Source of the DNA: Clostridia bacterium
Lineage (GTDB): Bacteria > Bacillota > Clostridia > Christensenellales > Borkfalkiaceae
NCBI GenBank assembly: GCA_017554545.1
Contig: JAFZIB010000039.1
Coordinates: forward strand, 1-40,330
Reading direction: 5' to 3'
Length of the DNA: 40,330 nucleotides
The translations under genes and the position numbers were made by a program. Below, piece by piece: positions 8,055-16,839 of the stretch. Below the pieces are notes generated by a model that was given only the letters and a program-made list of their open reading frames with translations, was not told where the DNA came from and did not search any database. Every line of letters begins with the position of its first letter. The first letter of the stretch is position 1.

Positions 8055-8669
8055 TTACTCCATTTCACAAAATGCGCGAAGAATATTTAACCCAACCTTT
8101 CCACTCTTTTCGGGGTGGAATTGACAACCGTAAACGTTTTTACAAACGACTGCGGCAGTTAGCGGTGCTCCGTATTCTGCCGTTGCTATAACGCTGTCTT
8201 CACAGTTTGCGCCGTAAAACGAGTGAACGAAATAAACGCAATCGTTCTCGTTTATATATTTGAAAAGTTGATTTTTTTCTTTAGAGAATTTTAAGGCGTT
8301 CCATCCGATATGCGGTATTTTTAAATGGCTTGGAATTACTTCTTTAATAGGTCTAATTTCCCCTTTGATAAGCCCTAACCCCTCGTGCTCGCCGTATTCG
8401 TAACTCTTTTGAAATAAAAGTTGCATGCCAAGGCAAATTCCCAAAATAGGAACGCCTTTTTGCGCTTGCTCAACAATAACGTCGCTTAATTTAGAAGAAA
8501 AAAGTTTTTTAGACGCATCTTCAAACGCGCCGACGCCGGGTAAAATTATCTTATCTGCATTTTTAATTACTTCTTTATCGCCGGTAACCACGACGTTAAC
8601 GCCTATTTGTTTAAATGAACTCGCTAGCGAAAAGAGATTGCCTACTCCGTAGTCGATAATAGCAACCAT
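8055..8669 (-). CDS. hisH: Imidazole glycerol phosphate synthase glutamine amidotransferase subunit
   Basis: IIDYGVGNLFS, GICLGMQLL (Cys nucleophile) and FHPEKS. Confidence 0.95.
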   Translation of the reverse strand: MVAIIDYGVGNLFSLASSFKQIGVNVVVTGDKEVIKNADKIILPGVGAFEDASKKLFSSKLSDVIVEQAQKGVPILGICLGMQLLFQKSYEYGEHEGLGLIKGEIRPIKEVIPSHLKIPHIGWNALKFSKEKNQLFKYINENDCVYFVHSFYGANCEDSVIATAEYGAPLTAAVVCKNVYGCQFHPEKSGKVGLNILRAFCEME

Positions 8670-9256
8670 TAAAGCACCCCTTTAGTCGAAGGAATTTCGT
8701 CTTTTAATTCTTGGTTTACGGCCACTGCAGTTTTTAAACTTCTTGCAAGCGACTTAAACGCGCCTTCTAAAATATGATGGGTGTTTTTGCCCGCTAACTG
8801 GGTTAAGTGAAGATTTATACCCGCGTTAGTGGTAAACGCAATAAAGAACTCCTCTATAAGTTCAACGTCGAAATTGCCCACTCTTTTTGCTTTCGGTTTT
8901 AAGCCGTAGGCTAAAAAACTTCTTCCCGAAACGTCCACCGCAGAAAGTATAAGCGCTTCGTCCATAGGTAGAATAGTATCGCCGTAACGATTAATACCCT
9001 TTTTATCGTCAAGCGCTTTTTTAAATGCTAAACCTAAGCAAATACCTATATCTTCAACGGTGTGATGATAATCAACCTCAACGTCGCCTACGCAAGTAAC
9101 GTTTAAATCAAATCTACTGTGTTTAGAAAAAAGCGTTAACATATGGTCGAAAAATCCACAACCGCTGTTTACGTTCGATTCGCCCTTTCCGTCAAGATTA
9201 ATCCAAAGGCTTATATCCGTTTCTTTAGTTTTTCTTACAATTTCAGCACTTCTCAT
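8669..9256 (-). CDS. hisB: Imidazoleglycerol-phosphate dehydratase
   Basis: RKTKETDI, GFFDHML and DYHHTVEDIGI motifs. Confidence 0.95.
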   Translation of the reverse strand: MRSAEIVRKTKETDISLWINLDGKGESNVNSGCGFFDHMLTLFSKHSRFDLNVTCVGDVEVDYHHTVEDIGICLGLAFKKALDDKKGINRYGDTILPMDEALILSAVDVSGRSFLAYGLKPKAKRVGNFDVELIEEFFIAFTTNAGINLHLTQLAGKNTHHILEGAFKSLARSLKTAVAVNQELKDEIPSTKGVL

Positions 9257-10317
9257 AACGCTTTCTCCAAAATGTTTTTAATAGTTTGTATAAGAATTTG
9301 CATTTCGCTTAAACTTCCCACCGTAATTCTTACGTAAGAAGAAATTCGGTCTTTATCAAAGTGCCGAACTAGCACTCCGTTTTCTTTAAGTTTTAAGTAA
9401 AGTTCTTTTCCGTCTATTTTATCGTGTTTTGCAAATATAAAGTTTGCTTTTGACTCGGTAGTAACAAAGCCGAGTTTTATAAGCTCGTTGGTTGCGTATT
9501 CTCTATTTTTGATTATCGTTTTACAGTTGTTAACGAAATATTCGTCGTCCATAATAGAACCGTAACCCGCAGCCGCCGTCATTCGGTTTATGTTATAGGG
9601 GTTAATCGAATACTTAATGCGCATCAAGTCGTTTATAATCTCTTTACTTGCAACGCCGTAACCAAGCCTTGCGCCCGCCATTGAACGCGATTTAGAAAAG
9701 GTTTGCGTTACCAGTAAATTGTCGTATTTTTTAATAAGCCCTATTGCGCTTTCTCCACCGAAATCAACGTACGCCTCGTCGATAACGACTATTCTATTCC
9801 TATTTGCCTTTAAGAGTTCTTCTATCTCGTTAACGCTAACGGTTAGACCGGTTGGCGCGTTAGGGTTTGCGATAATTATCGTTCCGTTTTGGTCAATATA
9901 ATCGTTAATATCAATAGAAAAATCTTCTTTTAAGGGAATTTCCTTTTTAGGAACGTTGTTAATATCGGCAAAAACGGGATAAAACCCATATGAAATTTCG
10001 GGATATATTGCCGGAGTGTTATCGTTGCAATACGCCATAAAGGCAAAGTTTAAAATATCGTCCGAGCCGTTCGTAAATATAATATTTTCTTCGCTTACGC
10101 CGAGTTTTTTAGCCGTTACGGATAAAAGTTCTCTGCAATCGGGGTCGGGATAAAGATTTAACCTGTTAAGTTCCTTTTTGGCAAGTTCTATTGCCTTTTT
10201 AGAGGGAGGAAAGGGCGACTCGTTAGTGTTGAGTTTTACAAATTTTCTCTCCTTTGGTTGTTCACCCGGAACGTACGGTTTTAACTTTTTAAATTTTTCA
10301 ATCAAAAACTTACTCAT
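9253..10317 (-). CDS. hisC: Histidinol-phosphate aminotransferase
   Basis: LNTNESPFPP, IDEAYVDF and TFSKSRSMAGARLGY (PLP lysine) motifs. Sits in the his operon. Confidence 0.93.
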   Translation of the reverse strand: MSKFLIEKFKKLKPYVPGEQPKERKFVKLNTNESPFPPSKKAIELAKKELNRLNLYPDPDCRELLSVTAKKLGVSEENIIFTNGSDDILNFAFMAYCNDNTPAIYPEISYGFYPVFADINNVPKKEIPLKEDFSIDINDYIDQNGTIIIANPNAPTGLTVSVNEIEELLKANRNRIVVIDEAYVDFGGESAIGLIKKYDNLLVTQTFSKSRSMAGARLGYGVASKEIINDLMRIKYSINPYNINRMTAAAGYGSIMDDEYFVNNCKTIIKNREYATNELIKLGFVTTESKANFIFAKHDKIDGKELYLKLKENGVLVRHFDKDRISSYVRITVGSLSEMQILIQTIKNILEKAL

Positions 10318-10318
10318 A

Positions 10319-11593
10319 TTATTCCTTAAATCTAATAACCGCGCTTTTTGCGTGCGCCGTTAAGCCTTCTTTATTAGCAAAATATTCAACGTCGTCACAA
10401 ACTTCGCTTAGCGCCTTTTTATCGTAGTAGATATACTGCGTTTTTTTAATAAAATCGTCAACGGAAAGCGGACTGGAAAATCTTGCCGTCCCACTAGTTG
10501 GCAAGGTGTGGTTAGTGCCTGCGTAGTAATCGCCAATCGCTTCGGGGCAATACTTGCCTAAAAACACCGAACCTGCGTGTTTTATTTTATCAAGATATTT
10601 AAAAGGCTCATCAACGCAGATTTCTAGATGCTCTGGAGCAATACCGTTTGCAATTTCTACTGCTTTTTCAATACTGTCGGTTATTATAATTTTGCCGTTA
10701 GCGTCTATCGACGCCCTTGCTATTTCACTTCTTTCAAGTAGTGGGATTTGTCGCTCTATTTCTATCGAAACCTCTTTAGCAAAATCTTCGTTATCGGTAA
10801 CTAATACGGCGCTTGCGTTTTTATCGTGCTCGGCTTGCGACAAAAGGTCGGCGGCGATATACTTTGCGTTATTAGTGTCGTCTGCAATAACCATAATTTC
10901 ACTAGGTCCTGCTATCATATCGATAGAAACTTCGCCAAAAACCTGTCTTTTTGCTTCTGCAACGAAAGCGTTGCCCGGCCCTACGATTTTATCTACTTTA
11001 GGTATGGTTTGAGTGCCGTATGCAAGAGCGGCTATCGCCTGCGCGCCACCTACTTTATAAATCTCGGTAACGCCTGCAACGGATGCCGCCGCTAAAATTA
11101 CGGGGTTAATTTTACCGTCGGCGTTTGGAGGGGTTACCATAACAACTCTTTCACAACCTGCTACTACTGCAGGAATTGCGTCCATCAAAACGGTTGACGG
11201 ATAAGCCGCCGTGCCACCGGGAACGTAAATGCCCGCGCGCTCAATAGCAATTACCTTTTGACCGACTATTATGCCTTGAGGCTTATTAATTTCAAAACCT
11301 AAGCGCTTTTGCTTTTCGTGAAATTCACGTATGTTTTTGCCCGCTTTAGATAAAATTTCAATAAACTTTGGCTCGACTAAATTAATCGCCTCTCGTATTT
11401 CTTCTTTTGAAACCTTTAAGTCGTTAAGTTTTGCTTTGTCAAATTTTTCGGTATAAAATTTTAACGCCTCGTCGCCGTTAGTTTTTACGTTTTTTATAAT
11501 ATCGCTAACGATTTCACTAACGTTAGGCTTTTCGTTAACGGCGGAAAATATTTCTTCTCTGTTATCTAATTTGTCTTTTATAATTTTAATCAT
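10319..11593 (-). CDS. hisD: Histidinol dehydrogenase
   Basis: [35 protein letters not shown] and [13 protein letters not shown] motifs. Confidence 0.95.
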   Translation of the reverse strand: MIKIIKDKLDNREEIFSAVNEKPNVSEIVSDIIKNVKTNGDEALKFYTEKFDKAKLNDLKVSKEEIREAINLVEPKFIEILSKAGKNIREFHEKQKRLGFEINKPQGIIVGQKVIAIERAGIYVPGGTAAYPSTVLMDAIPAVVAGCERVVMVTPPNADGKINPVILAAASVAGVTEIYKVGGAQAIAALAYGTQTIPKVDKIVGPGNAFVAEAKRQVFGEVSIDMIAGPSEIMVIADDTNNAKYIAADLLSQAEHDKNASAVLVTDNEDFAKEVSIEIERQIPLLERSEIARASIDANGKIIITDSIEKAVEIANGIAPEHLEICVDEPFKYLDKIKHAGSVFLGKYCPEAIGDYYAGTNHTLPTSGTARFSSPLSVDDFIKKTQYIYYDKKALSEVCDDVEYFANKEGLTAHAKSAVIRFKE

Positions 11594-11597
11594 AATA

Positions 11598-12224
11598 TTA
11601 AATTTGGTTTGTAAGTTTAGACCTTACTTCTTCAATTTCGTTACATTTAAATTTAAAACTCGACTTGTTTGCTATAAGCCTTGCGCTGATATCTACGAAC
11701 TTTTCAACTACTTCCAGATTATTCTCCTTTAAGGTTGAACCCGTTTCCACTATATCTACGATTACGTCGGAAAGTCCTAAAATAGGAGCGAGTTCAATAG
11801 AGCCGTTAAGGTGAATAATATCGATATCACGGCCGATAGACGAATAATCCGCTTTTGCAATATTAGTAAATTTAGTAGCCACGGTTAAGGTTTTGCTTCT
11901 ATCGTCAACGAATCCTTTTTTAGCGGCAACAGCCATATTGCATTTGCCCATTTTTAAATCTAAAAGTTCGTACACGTCGGGCTTATACTCAAGCAAAATA
12001 TCTTTACCTGCAACGCCTATGTCTGCAGCACCACGCTCTACGTATATTGCAACGTCAGAGGGTTTTACCCAAAAATATCTTACGCCCTTTTCTGCGTTTT
12101 CGAATATTAGTTTGCGATTGTTTTCCTTAATCGACGGACATTCGAACCCCGCCTTTTCAAACATATCGTACACCTTTTCGCCAAGTCTTCCTTTAGGGAG
12201 AGCAACGTTAATCATTTTTCTCAT
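11598..12224 (-). CDS. hisG: ATP phosphoribosyltransferase, short (HisZ-dependent) form
   Basis: ALPKGRL start, 208 aa with no C-terminal regulatory domain, followed by hisZ. Confidence 0.93.
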   Translation of the reverse strand: MRKMINVALPKGRLGEKVYDMFEKAGFECPSIKENNRKLIFENAEKGVRYFWVKPSDVAIYVERGAADIGVAGKDILLEYKPDVYELLDLKMGKCNMAVAAKKGFVDDRSKTLTVATKFTNIAKADYSSIGRDIDIIHLNGSIELAPILGLSDVIVDIVETGSTLKENNLEVVEKFVDISARLIANKSSFKFKCNEIEEVRSKLTNQI

Positions 12225-13171
12225 AAATTACCCCCTTTTGACAAATCGGGAAGTTTAGATATCTCGTCAAGATACACCGCAAAGCCAACGGCTTTTGCTT
12301 TTTTACCCATTTTATTCATAAGTTTATCGTATTGACCACCCGATATTATGCTTACGGGCAACCCTTCAACGAATCCTTTAAACGCTAAACCGTTATAATA
12401 TTTCATATCGTTAACAACCGAAAAATCAATAAATATTTTATCTGCAACGCCTTTACTTTGTAAACTTGTAATTATATTAGTCAACTGATTAACTGCTTTA
12501 ACCGTCGATTCGTTAATACAAAAATCTTTAAGCATAGGCAAAACTTTACGGGGAGCGCCGTAAACGGTAACTAATTTTTGCATTAGTTCAGTTTGCTCTT
12601 TAGTTAGTCCTTCTCTCTCGCAAACGTAGGTTACGCCTTGAGAATTTTTTTCGCCTAAATAGCGCAAAACTTCTTCTCTGGCAAAATCTGATAAATTAAA
12701 GGCGTTTATAACTTCTAAAACTAAATCCAAATGAGAAATTTCAAGCGCGCTACTGCTAGATATAACTTCTAGACTTTTAACGGCTAGAAATATCGCTTCG
12801 GTTATAATTTCGTCGTCAACTTCGCCAAGGCACTCAAGCCCTGCTTGCATTATTTCCTTAAACGAAAGCGTTCCTTTAGATACCCTATAAACGTTCTCGT
12901 TATAATAAACTTTCATAACCTTGCCTTCAACGTCTTTACTATTTTTAATTATAGACAAAGTTACGTCGGGCTTTAACGCCATAAGTTTACCGTCGGTATC
13001 GGTAAACGTAATTACGCTTTCAGAAACTAAAAAGTCTTTATTTTTAACGTATAAATCGTATTCTTCAAACTTGCTCATTTTATATTGAGAATACCCGTAA
13101 TTCGCATAAAGAGAACGTAAAGTGAAAGCCGCCTTTTCTTCTTTTGACAATACGTCTAACAATTCTAACAT
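12221..13171 (-). CDS. hisZ: ATP phosphoribosyltransferase regulatory subunit (HisRS paralogue)
   Basis: 316-aa class-II aaRS-like core with no anticodon domain. It lies directly upstream of a short hisG, with a 4-nt overlap. Confidence 0.85.
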   Translation of the reverse strand: MLELLDVLSKEEKAAFTLRSLYANYGYSQYKMSKFEEYDLYVKNKDFLVSESVITFTDTDGKLMALKPDVTLSIIKNSKDVEGKVMKVYYNENVYRVSKGTLSFKEIMQAGLECLGEVDDEIITEAIFLAVKSLEVISSSSALEISHLDLVLEVINAFNLSDFAREEVLRYLGEKNSQGVTYVCEREGLTKEQTELMQKLVTVYGAPRKVLPMLKDFCINESTVKAVNQLTNIITSLQSKGVADKIFIDFSVVNDMKYYNGLAFKGFVEGLPVSIISGGQYDKLMNKMGKKAKAVGFAVYLDEISKLPDLSKGGNL

Positions 13172-13174
13172 AAT

Positions 13175-13465
13175 TTAATCCTTTATTTGTTGATTTTCTA
13201 GAACGATTTTATATCCACCCGCGCCGTAATTTAAGCATTTGTTAACTCTACTAATCGTCGCCGTGCTCGCTCCCGTTTTTTGTGAAACTTCTTGATAGCT
13301 TTTACCTAAACTTAATAATTCTGCAACTTCTAATCTTTGCGAAATATCTTCAATTTCCTTAATAGTACAAACGTCCTCAAAAAATTGATGGCATTTTTCA
13401 ACGCTATCTAATTTCAAAATGGCCTTAAATAAATTATCAAACTTTTCAATAGAAAAACCGTTCAT
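13175..13465 (-). CDS. TrpR-like YerC/YecD-family DNA-binding protein, first gene of the his operon (candidate HisR)
   Basis: SQRLEVAELLSLGKSYQEVSQKTGASTATISRVNKCLNYGAGGYK is the YerC/YecD HTH signature. I start it at ATG 13465 (GGAGGG 4 nt upstream) rather than the track's TTG 13477. Confidence 0.8.
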   Translation of the reverse strand: MNGFSIEKFDNLFKAILKLDSVEKCHQFFEDVCTIKEIEDISQRLEVAELLSLGKSYQEVSQKTGASTATISRVNKCLNYGAGGYKIVLENQQIKD

Positions 13466-13480
13466 TTTTCCCTCCAACTG

Positions 13481-13523
13481 TTTAACACTTTAACATTTTA
13501 GCACGCTAAATCGCTAAAGTCAA
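13481..13523 (-). promoter_or_regulatory. Sigma-A promoter of the his operon with an embedded repeat/palindrome array (candidate operator)
   Basis: Read on the minus strand: TTGACT (13523-13518), 17 nt, TAAAAT (13500-13495). The spacer and -10 contain TTTAGCG-a-TTTAGCG and the palindrome TTTAGC-gt-GCTAAA (13497-13510). TGTTAAA-g-TGTTAAA (13481-13495) straddles the predicted TSS. Confidence 0.55.
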
Positions 13524-13620
13524 GAAAACTGAAGGCAATTTAAAAACATTTTTATAAAAATTTGCAAATCGTCACTACTTAAAAGTTTAGTTTTAGATAT
13601 TAAAAAACCTTTTATAAACG

Positions 13621-13660
13621 AATAAAAACGGCGTAGTGATAAAGATTTATCACTACGCCA
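13621..13660 (-). terminator. Rho-independent terminator after the Wzz-like genes
   Basis: 13-bp stem GGCGTAGTGATAA / TTATCACTACGCC (13630-13642 / 13647-13659), followed on the minus strand by GTTTTTATT. Confidence 0.8.
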
Positions 13661-13684
13661 ACTGGTCGCGTTTTATTTAATTTT

Positions 13685-14419
13685 TTATTTTTTGATTATT
13701 TGGTCGGTAAATTTGGGTTCGTCTGCCCTATCGATATAAGCAAGCACGTTAACACCCGTTAGCATTTCTATTTCTTCTCTATCCTTTGCGGTATTATCTA
13801 AGAAATATACTAACGTCAATGCGCCAACTGCTAGCACGAGACCTATGCCCACGCCTAAAACTATATATTTAAAGTAACTGTAAGTTTCTTGTTGTAGCCT
13901 AACGTTGCATGTTTCTTTAAGTTGAATATCGTCGGCTTTAAGGTAGTCTTTTAATCTGAGTTGGGCGTTTTGTATAACTGCGTCTAGCTTAGCCTCGGCA
14001 ATTTCGTAGGACGAGTCGGAGTAGGAAATAGAAAAAATTAAACTGTCGTTATCGTTAAATCTAACCGAAATACCTTTTTTGGTTACTTCACCCGTGTTTT
14101 CTTTTGTATAAATATTGTTTGCGCCCGTAATAAATTCGTTACTGCTTAGCATTTTTACTACGTTAGGCAAGTGAATTTGCGAAAGGGTTACGTTGTTTGA
14201 GCCTGACGCTTGTCCGGACGCCGTATCGATACCCGTAACTAACATAACGGTAGAAGTCTTGGTATAAACGGGGTCAACGGTTAATATGCCGTAGCCAAAC
14301 CCGCAAAGAGCGGACAGCACGACTGCTAAAATAATAAATATTAGATTTCGATAAATAAATAAGAGGAAGGTCTGCTTTTGACCAACGTTTTTATCAGAAG
14401 TAAGTTTTTTGCGACTCAT
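13685..14419 (-). CDS. Wzz/CpsC/YwqC-type polysaccharide chain-length determinant (short, 244 aa)
   Basis: N- and C-terminal TM helices flank an extracytoplasmic domain. The C-terminal tail YFLDNTAKDREEIEMLTGVNVLAYI is typical of Gram-positive CpsC/CapA modulators. Confidence 0.7.
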   Translation of the reverse strand: MSRKKLTSDKNVGQKQTFLLFIYRNLIFIILAVVLSALCGFGYGILTVDPVYTKTSTVMLVTGIDTASGQASGSNNVTLSQIHLPNVVKMLSSNEFITGANNIYTKENTGEVTKKGISVRFNDNDSLIFSISYSDSSYEIAEAKLDAVIQNAQLRLKDYLKADDIQLKETCNVRLQQETYSYFKYIVLGVGIGLVLAVGALTLVYFLDNTAKDREEIEMLTGVNVLAYIDRADEPKFTDQIIKK

Positions 14420-14420
14420 A

Positions 14421-15611
14421 CTACTCGTCCCCCTTACTTATACACGCGAGCACGGTTGCGCCGGTAATTTTTTCGGCTTCAGCCTTGTCTTTAACCGTCT
14501 TATCTAACACGATACGCAAATATACTACTCCGCAAGCAACTACGAAACCGATAATTGCCGATGCAATCATAATCTTGGTGGTAGTAATATCAACCGAGCA
14601 AGAACTTATACCTAGGTCGTTAATTCTTGCGTTCATATTGTCAAAGAAATTAAGCGTTTCAATGTCGAAAGCCAAAACTATAATTTTAGCCTTGTCCATA
14701 GCCGCTTCGGAAGAACTATCTTTATAGGTTATTCCTGAAACGAAAGCGCTACGTTCTTGATTGCCCTCGTAACTTACCACTCCGATTCGGTCTGCGTATA
14801 TGCCGTTTTCGGGGGTAACGCCCGCCTTTCCAGCCTCTTTATACTGTTCAACGTCGTAATACCACGGCATATTCTTTCTATAAAAGTTTACGTTGTAGTC
14901 TAAATCTTGTATCAAGTCTTCCGTCTTAGGAATAGGTCCGTTGCTAGAAACGTTTAGCCCACGCTTAACTTGAATAATCTTTTCCTTCCAAGAAAGAAGT
15001 TCTTCTTGCTTTTGTTCAATGAGTAATTTATCTTTTTTGCCGTCGAGTTCGTTGATTTCCATCATTAAATCACGAACCTTCTCCATAAGATAAATTTGTT
15101 GCTGTAACGATTCAATCTCAATTCTAGTTTGTTTGTAGGTATTTTCGGCAATGCTAGAGTCGATATTTTCTAGGTCTTTAATTTTTTGTTGCCTTAAAAG
15201 AGTAATGCTTTTTTCTTGCTCGCACACGTTTATAATTTCCTCGGCAAACGAAACGTCGGCAACGAATCGGTCAACCGTGTAGTCGCCACTAGTTTTTTTA
15301 CTCAAAAAATACTCGTAATAAAAATTAGCGCGGTCAACTACTACGCCACTATCCACAAAGTCTAAAACGGTTGGGTGGTGTGCGTACATAGCGTTAATTT
15401 CCGATTGAATATACGTGCCGTCGCCCATAGAGAATATTACCTGCTCCTCGGCAATATACTCGGGTTCACGCAGTCTTGCATAGGCGTAGCCTATTCCAAG
15501 CACCGCAATAATTATAGTAAGCACGAGCAAAACGCTTCGTTTAAGATTTATAAAAATCTCCGTTAAAACGTTATGCTCTACCGTTTCTTTCTTTACAGTT
15601 TCTTGCTCCAT
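14421..15611 (-). CDS. Wzz/CpsC-like membrane protein with an expanded coiled-coil ectodomain (396 aa)
   Basis: Same two-TM topology and the tail LRIVLDKTVKDKAEAEKITGATVLACI. The central part is heptad-like and E/K/Q-rich (LLRQQKIKDLENID...LQQQIYLMEKVRDLMMEINELDGKKDKLLIEQKQEELL). GAGGA RBS. Confidence 0.6.
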   Translation of the reverse strand: MEQETVKKETVEHNVLTEIFINLKRSVLLVLTIIIAVLGIGYAYARLREPEYIAEEQVIFSMGDGTYIQSEINAMYAHHPTVLDFVDSGVVVDRANFYYEYFLSKKTSGDYTVDRFVADVSFAEEIINVCEQEKSITLLRQQKIKDLENIDSSIAENTYKQTRIEIESLQQQIYLMEKVRDLMMEINELDGKKDKLLIEQKQEELLSWKEKIIQVKRGLNVSSNGPIPKTEDLIQDLDYNVNFYRKNMPWYYDVEQYKEAGKAGVTPENGIYADRIGVVSYEGNQERSAFVSGITYKDSSSEAAMDKAKIIVLAFDIETLNFFDNMNARINDLGISSCSVDITTTKIMIASAIIGFVVACGVVYLRIVLDKTVKDKAEAEKITGATVLACISKGDE

Positions 15612-15623
15612 TTTTTCCTCGCA

Positions 15624-16718
15624 CTAAACGTATTTTCTTATGATTTTTTCTAATCGTTCCATTTTTGCCATCACGTCGTTGGCTAGCACAAGTTGATTTC
15701 TTGCTCTATCTAAGTTGTGACCCGGGTACTTGGTCTTAAAATACACGTCTCCGCGTAGATAGTCGGTTAAAAATCTCATGGCTAGTTCAACGGTCATAGT
15801 AAACACGCCTATATTTAGCGTTTCTATCTCCGTTTCGGTTATAGAGTGCTTAACCTCTGCTAAAAATCCCTTTGCAAACGCCTCGTATTTGTTTATATCT
15901 AAACTAACCTTTTCAAAGTCGGGACAGTCCTCTAATTCGGTGTTTGCAATAAAGCGAATAGCGTCGCCAAAATCATACGCCAACGCGCCCGGCATAACGG
16001 TGTCCAAATCTAAAACGGCCATAGGCTCTAGCGTTTCCATATCGAAACTAACGTTGTTGCTCTTGGTGTCGTTATGAGTAACTCTTAGCGGAAGTTTACC
16101 TTGGTCTAGGTACGATTGAAGTTTACAAGCCTCGTCTTTATACTCGTTTATACGCTCTATTTCGCACTTTACTTCTTTTACCCTACCGCAAACGTTTTCG
16201 GTAACGGCATTATAAAAATCTAGATATCTTTTTGGCGTATTGTGAAAATCCTTAATAGGAATAAATAACTTACAAGCGTCAAAACCGTCTAGACAGTCCT
16301 GAAATCTACCGAAGGCGACACCCACTCTTTCGATTACCTTTAAATCGTCCGTTTGGTCGAAAGTCGTAGAATTTTTTATATATCTGTAACAACGCCAATA
16401 ATCGCCTTGCTCGTCTATTACGTATGGTTTACCGTCTTTTTTAGACAAAAACGCACGCAAAACGAACCTTTTGGTAGAAAGCCCTTTTTTAATAATGTTT
16501 TGCCTTACGTAATCGGTAACGCAAACGATATTTTCCATAACCTTTTCGGGCTCTTTGAACACGTTTTTGTTAATACGTTGAACGATATAATCTTTACCTT
16601 CGCCGTCCCTTACGTACTTAACGTGGTAAGTGCAGTTGATATTTCCGGTAGTTAGTTCTGAACAACTAATATAACGACCGACTATATCAAAAGACCCACA
16701 AATCTCTTGAATTGTCAA
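15624..16718 (-). CDS. APH-fold kinase, N-acetylhexosamine 1-kinase (NahK/LnpB)-like
   Basis: TGNINCTYHV...YIVQRINKNVFKEPEKVMENI and the catalytic loop VTHNDTKSNNVSFD resemble NahK. DLDTVMPG is the DxD-type metal site. TTG start with GGGGA upstream. Confidence 0.65.
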   Translation of the reverse strand: MTIQEICGSFDIVGRYISCSELTTGNINCTYHVKYVRDGEGKDYIVQRINKNVFKEPEKVMENIVCVTDYVRQNIIKKGLSTKRFVLRAFLSKKDGKPYVIDEQGDYWRCYRYIKNSTTFDQTDDLKVIERVGVAFGRFQDCLDGFDACKLFIPIKDFHNTPKRYLDFYNAVTENVCGRVKEVKCEIERINEYKDEACKLQSYLDQGKLPLRVTHNDTKSNNVSFDMETLEPMAVLDLDTVMPGALAYDFGDAIRFIANTELEDCPDFEKVSLDINKYEAFAKGFLAEVKHSITETEIETLNIGVFTMTVELAMRFLTDYLRGDVYFKTKYPGHNLDRARNQLVLANDVMAKMERLEKIIRKYV

Positions 16719-16751
16719 TTTCTTTTCCCCTATCTATTAAATCACATATAT

Positions 16752-16779
16752 ATTTTAGCATAAAAGACCTAAAAATCAA
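16752..16779 (-). promoter_or_regulatory. Candidate sigma-A promoter for the kinase/Wzz operon
   Basis: Minus strand TTGATT (16779-16774), 16 nt, TGcTAAAAT (extended -10; -10 at 16757-16752). Confidence 0.4.
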
Positions 16780-16839
16780 GGCGTTTTAATTTCGTTTTGC
16801 CCGTTCTTTAAGTTTACCGCTATAATACCAATAATATTC

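Noticed and set aside
13478-13684. Possible T-box leader, attenuator or riboswitch in front of the his operon.
   Set aside because: The promoter sits only about 20-25 nt from the hisR start codon. The remaining intergenic DNA is the terminator of the upstream Wzz-like operon plus AT-rich spacer. There is no specifier/antiterminator architecture and no His-codon leader peptide.
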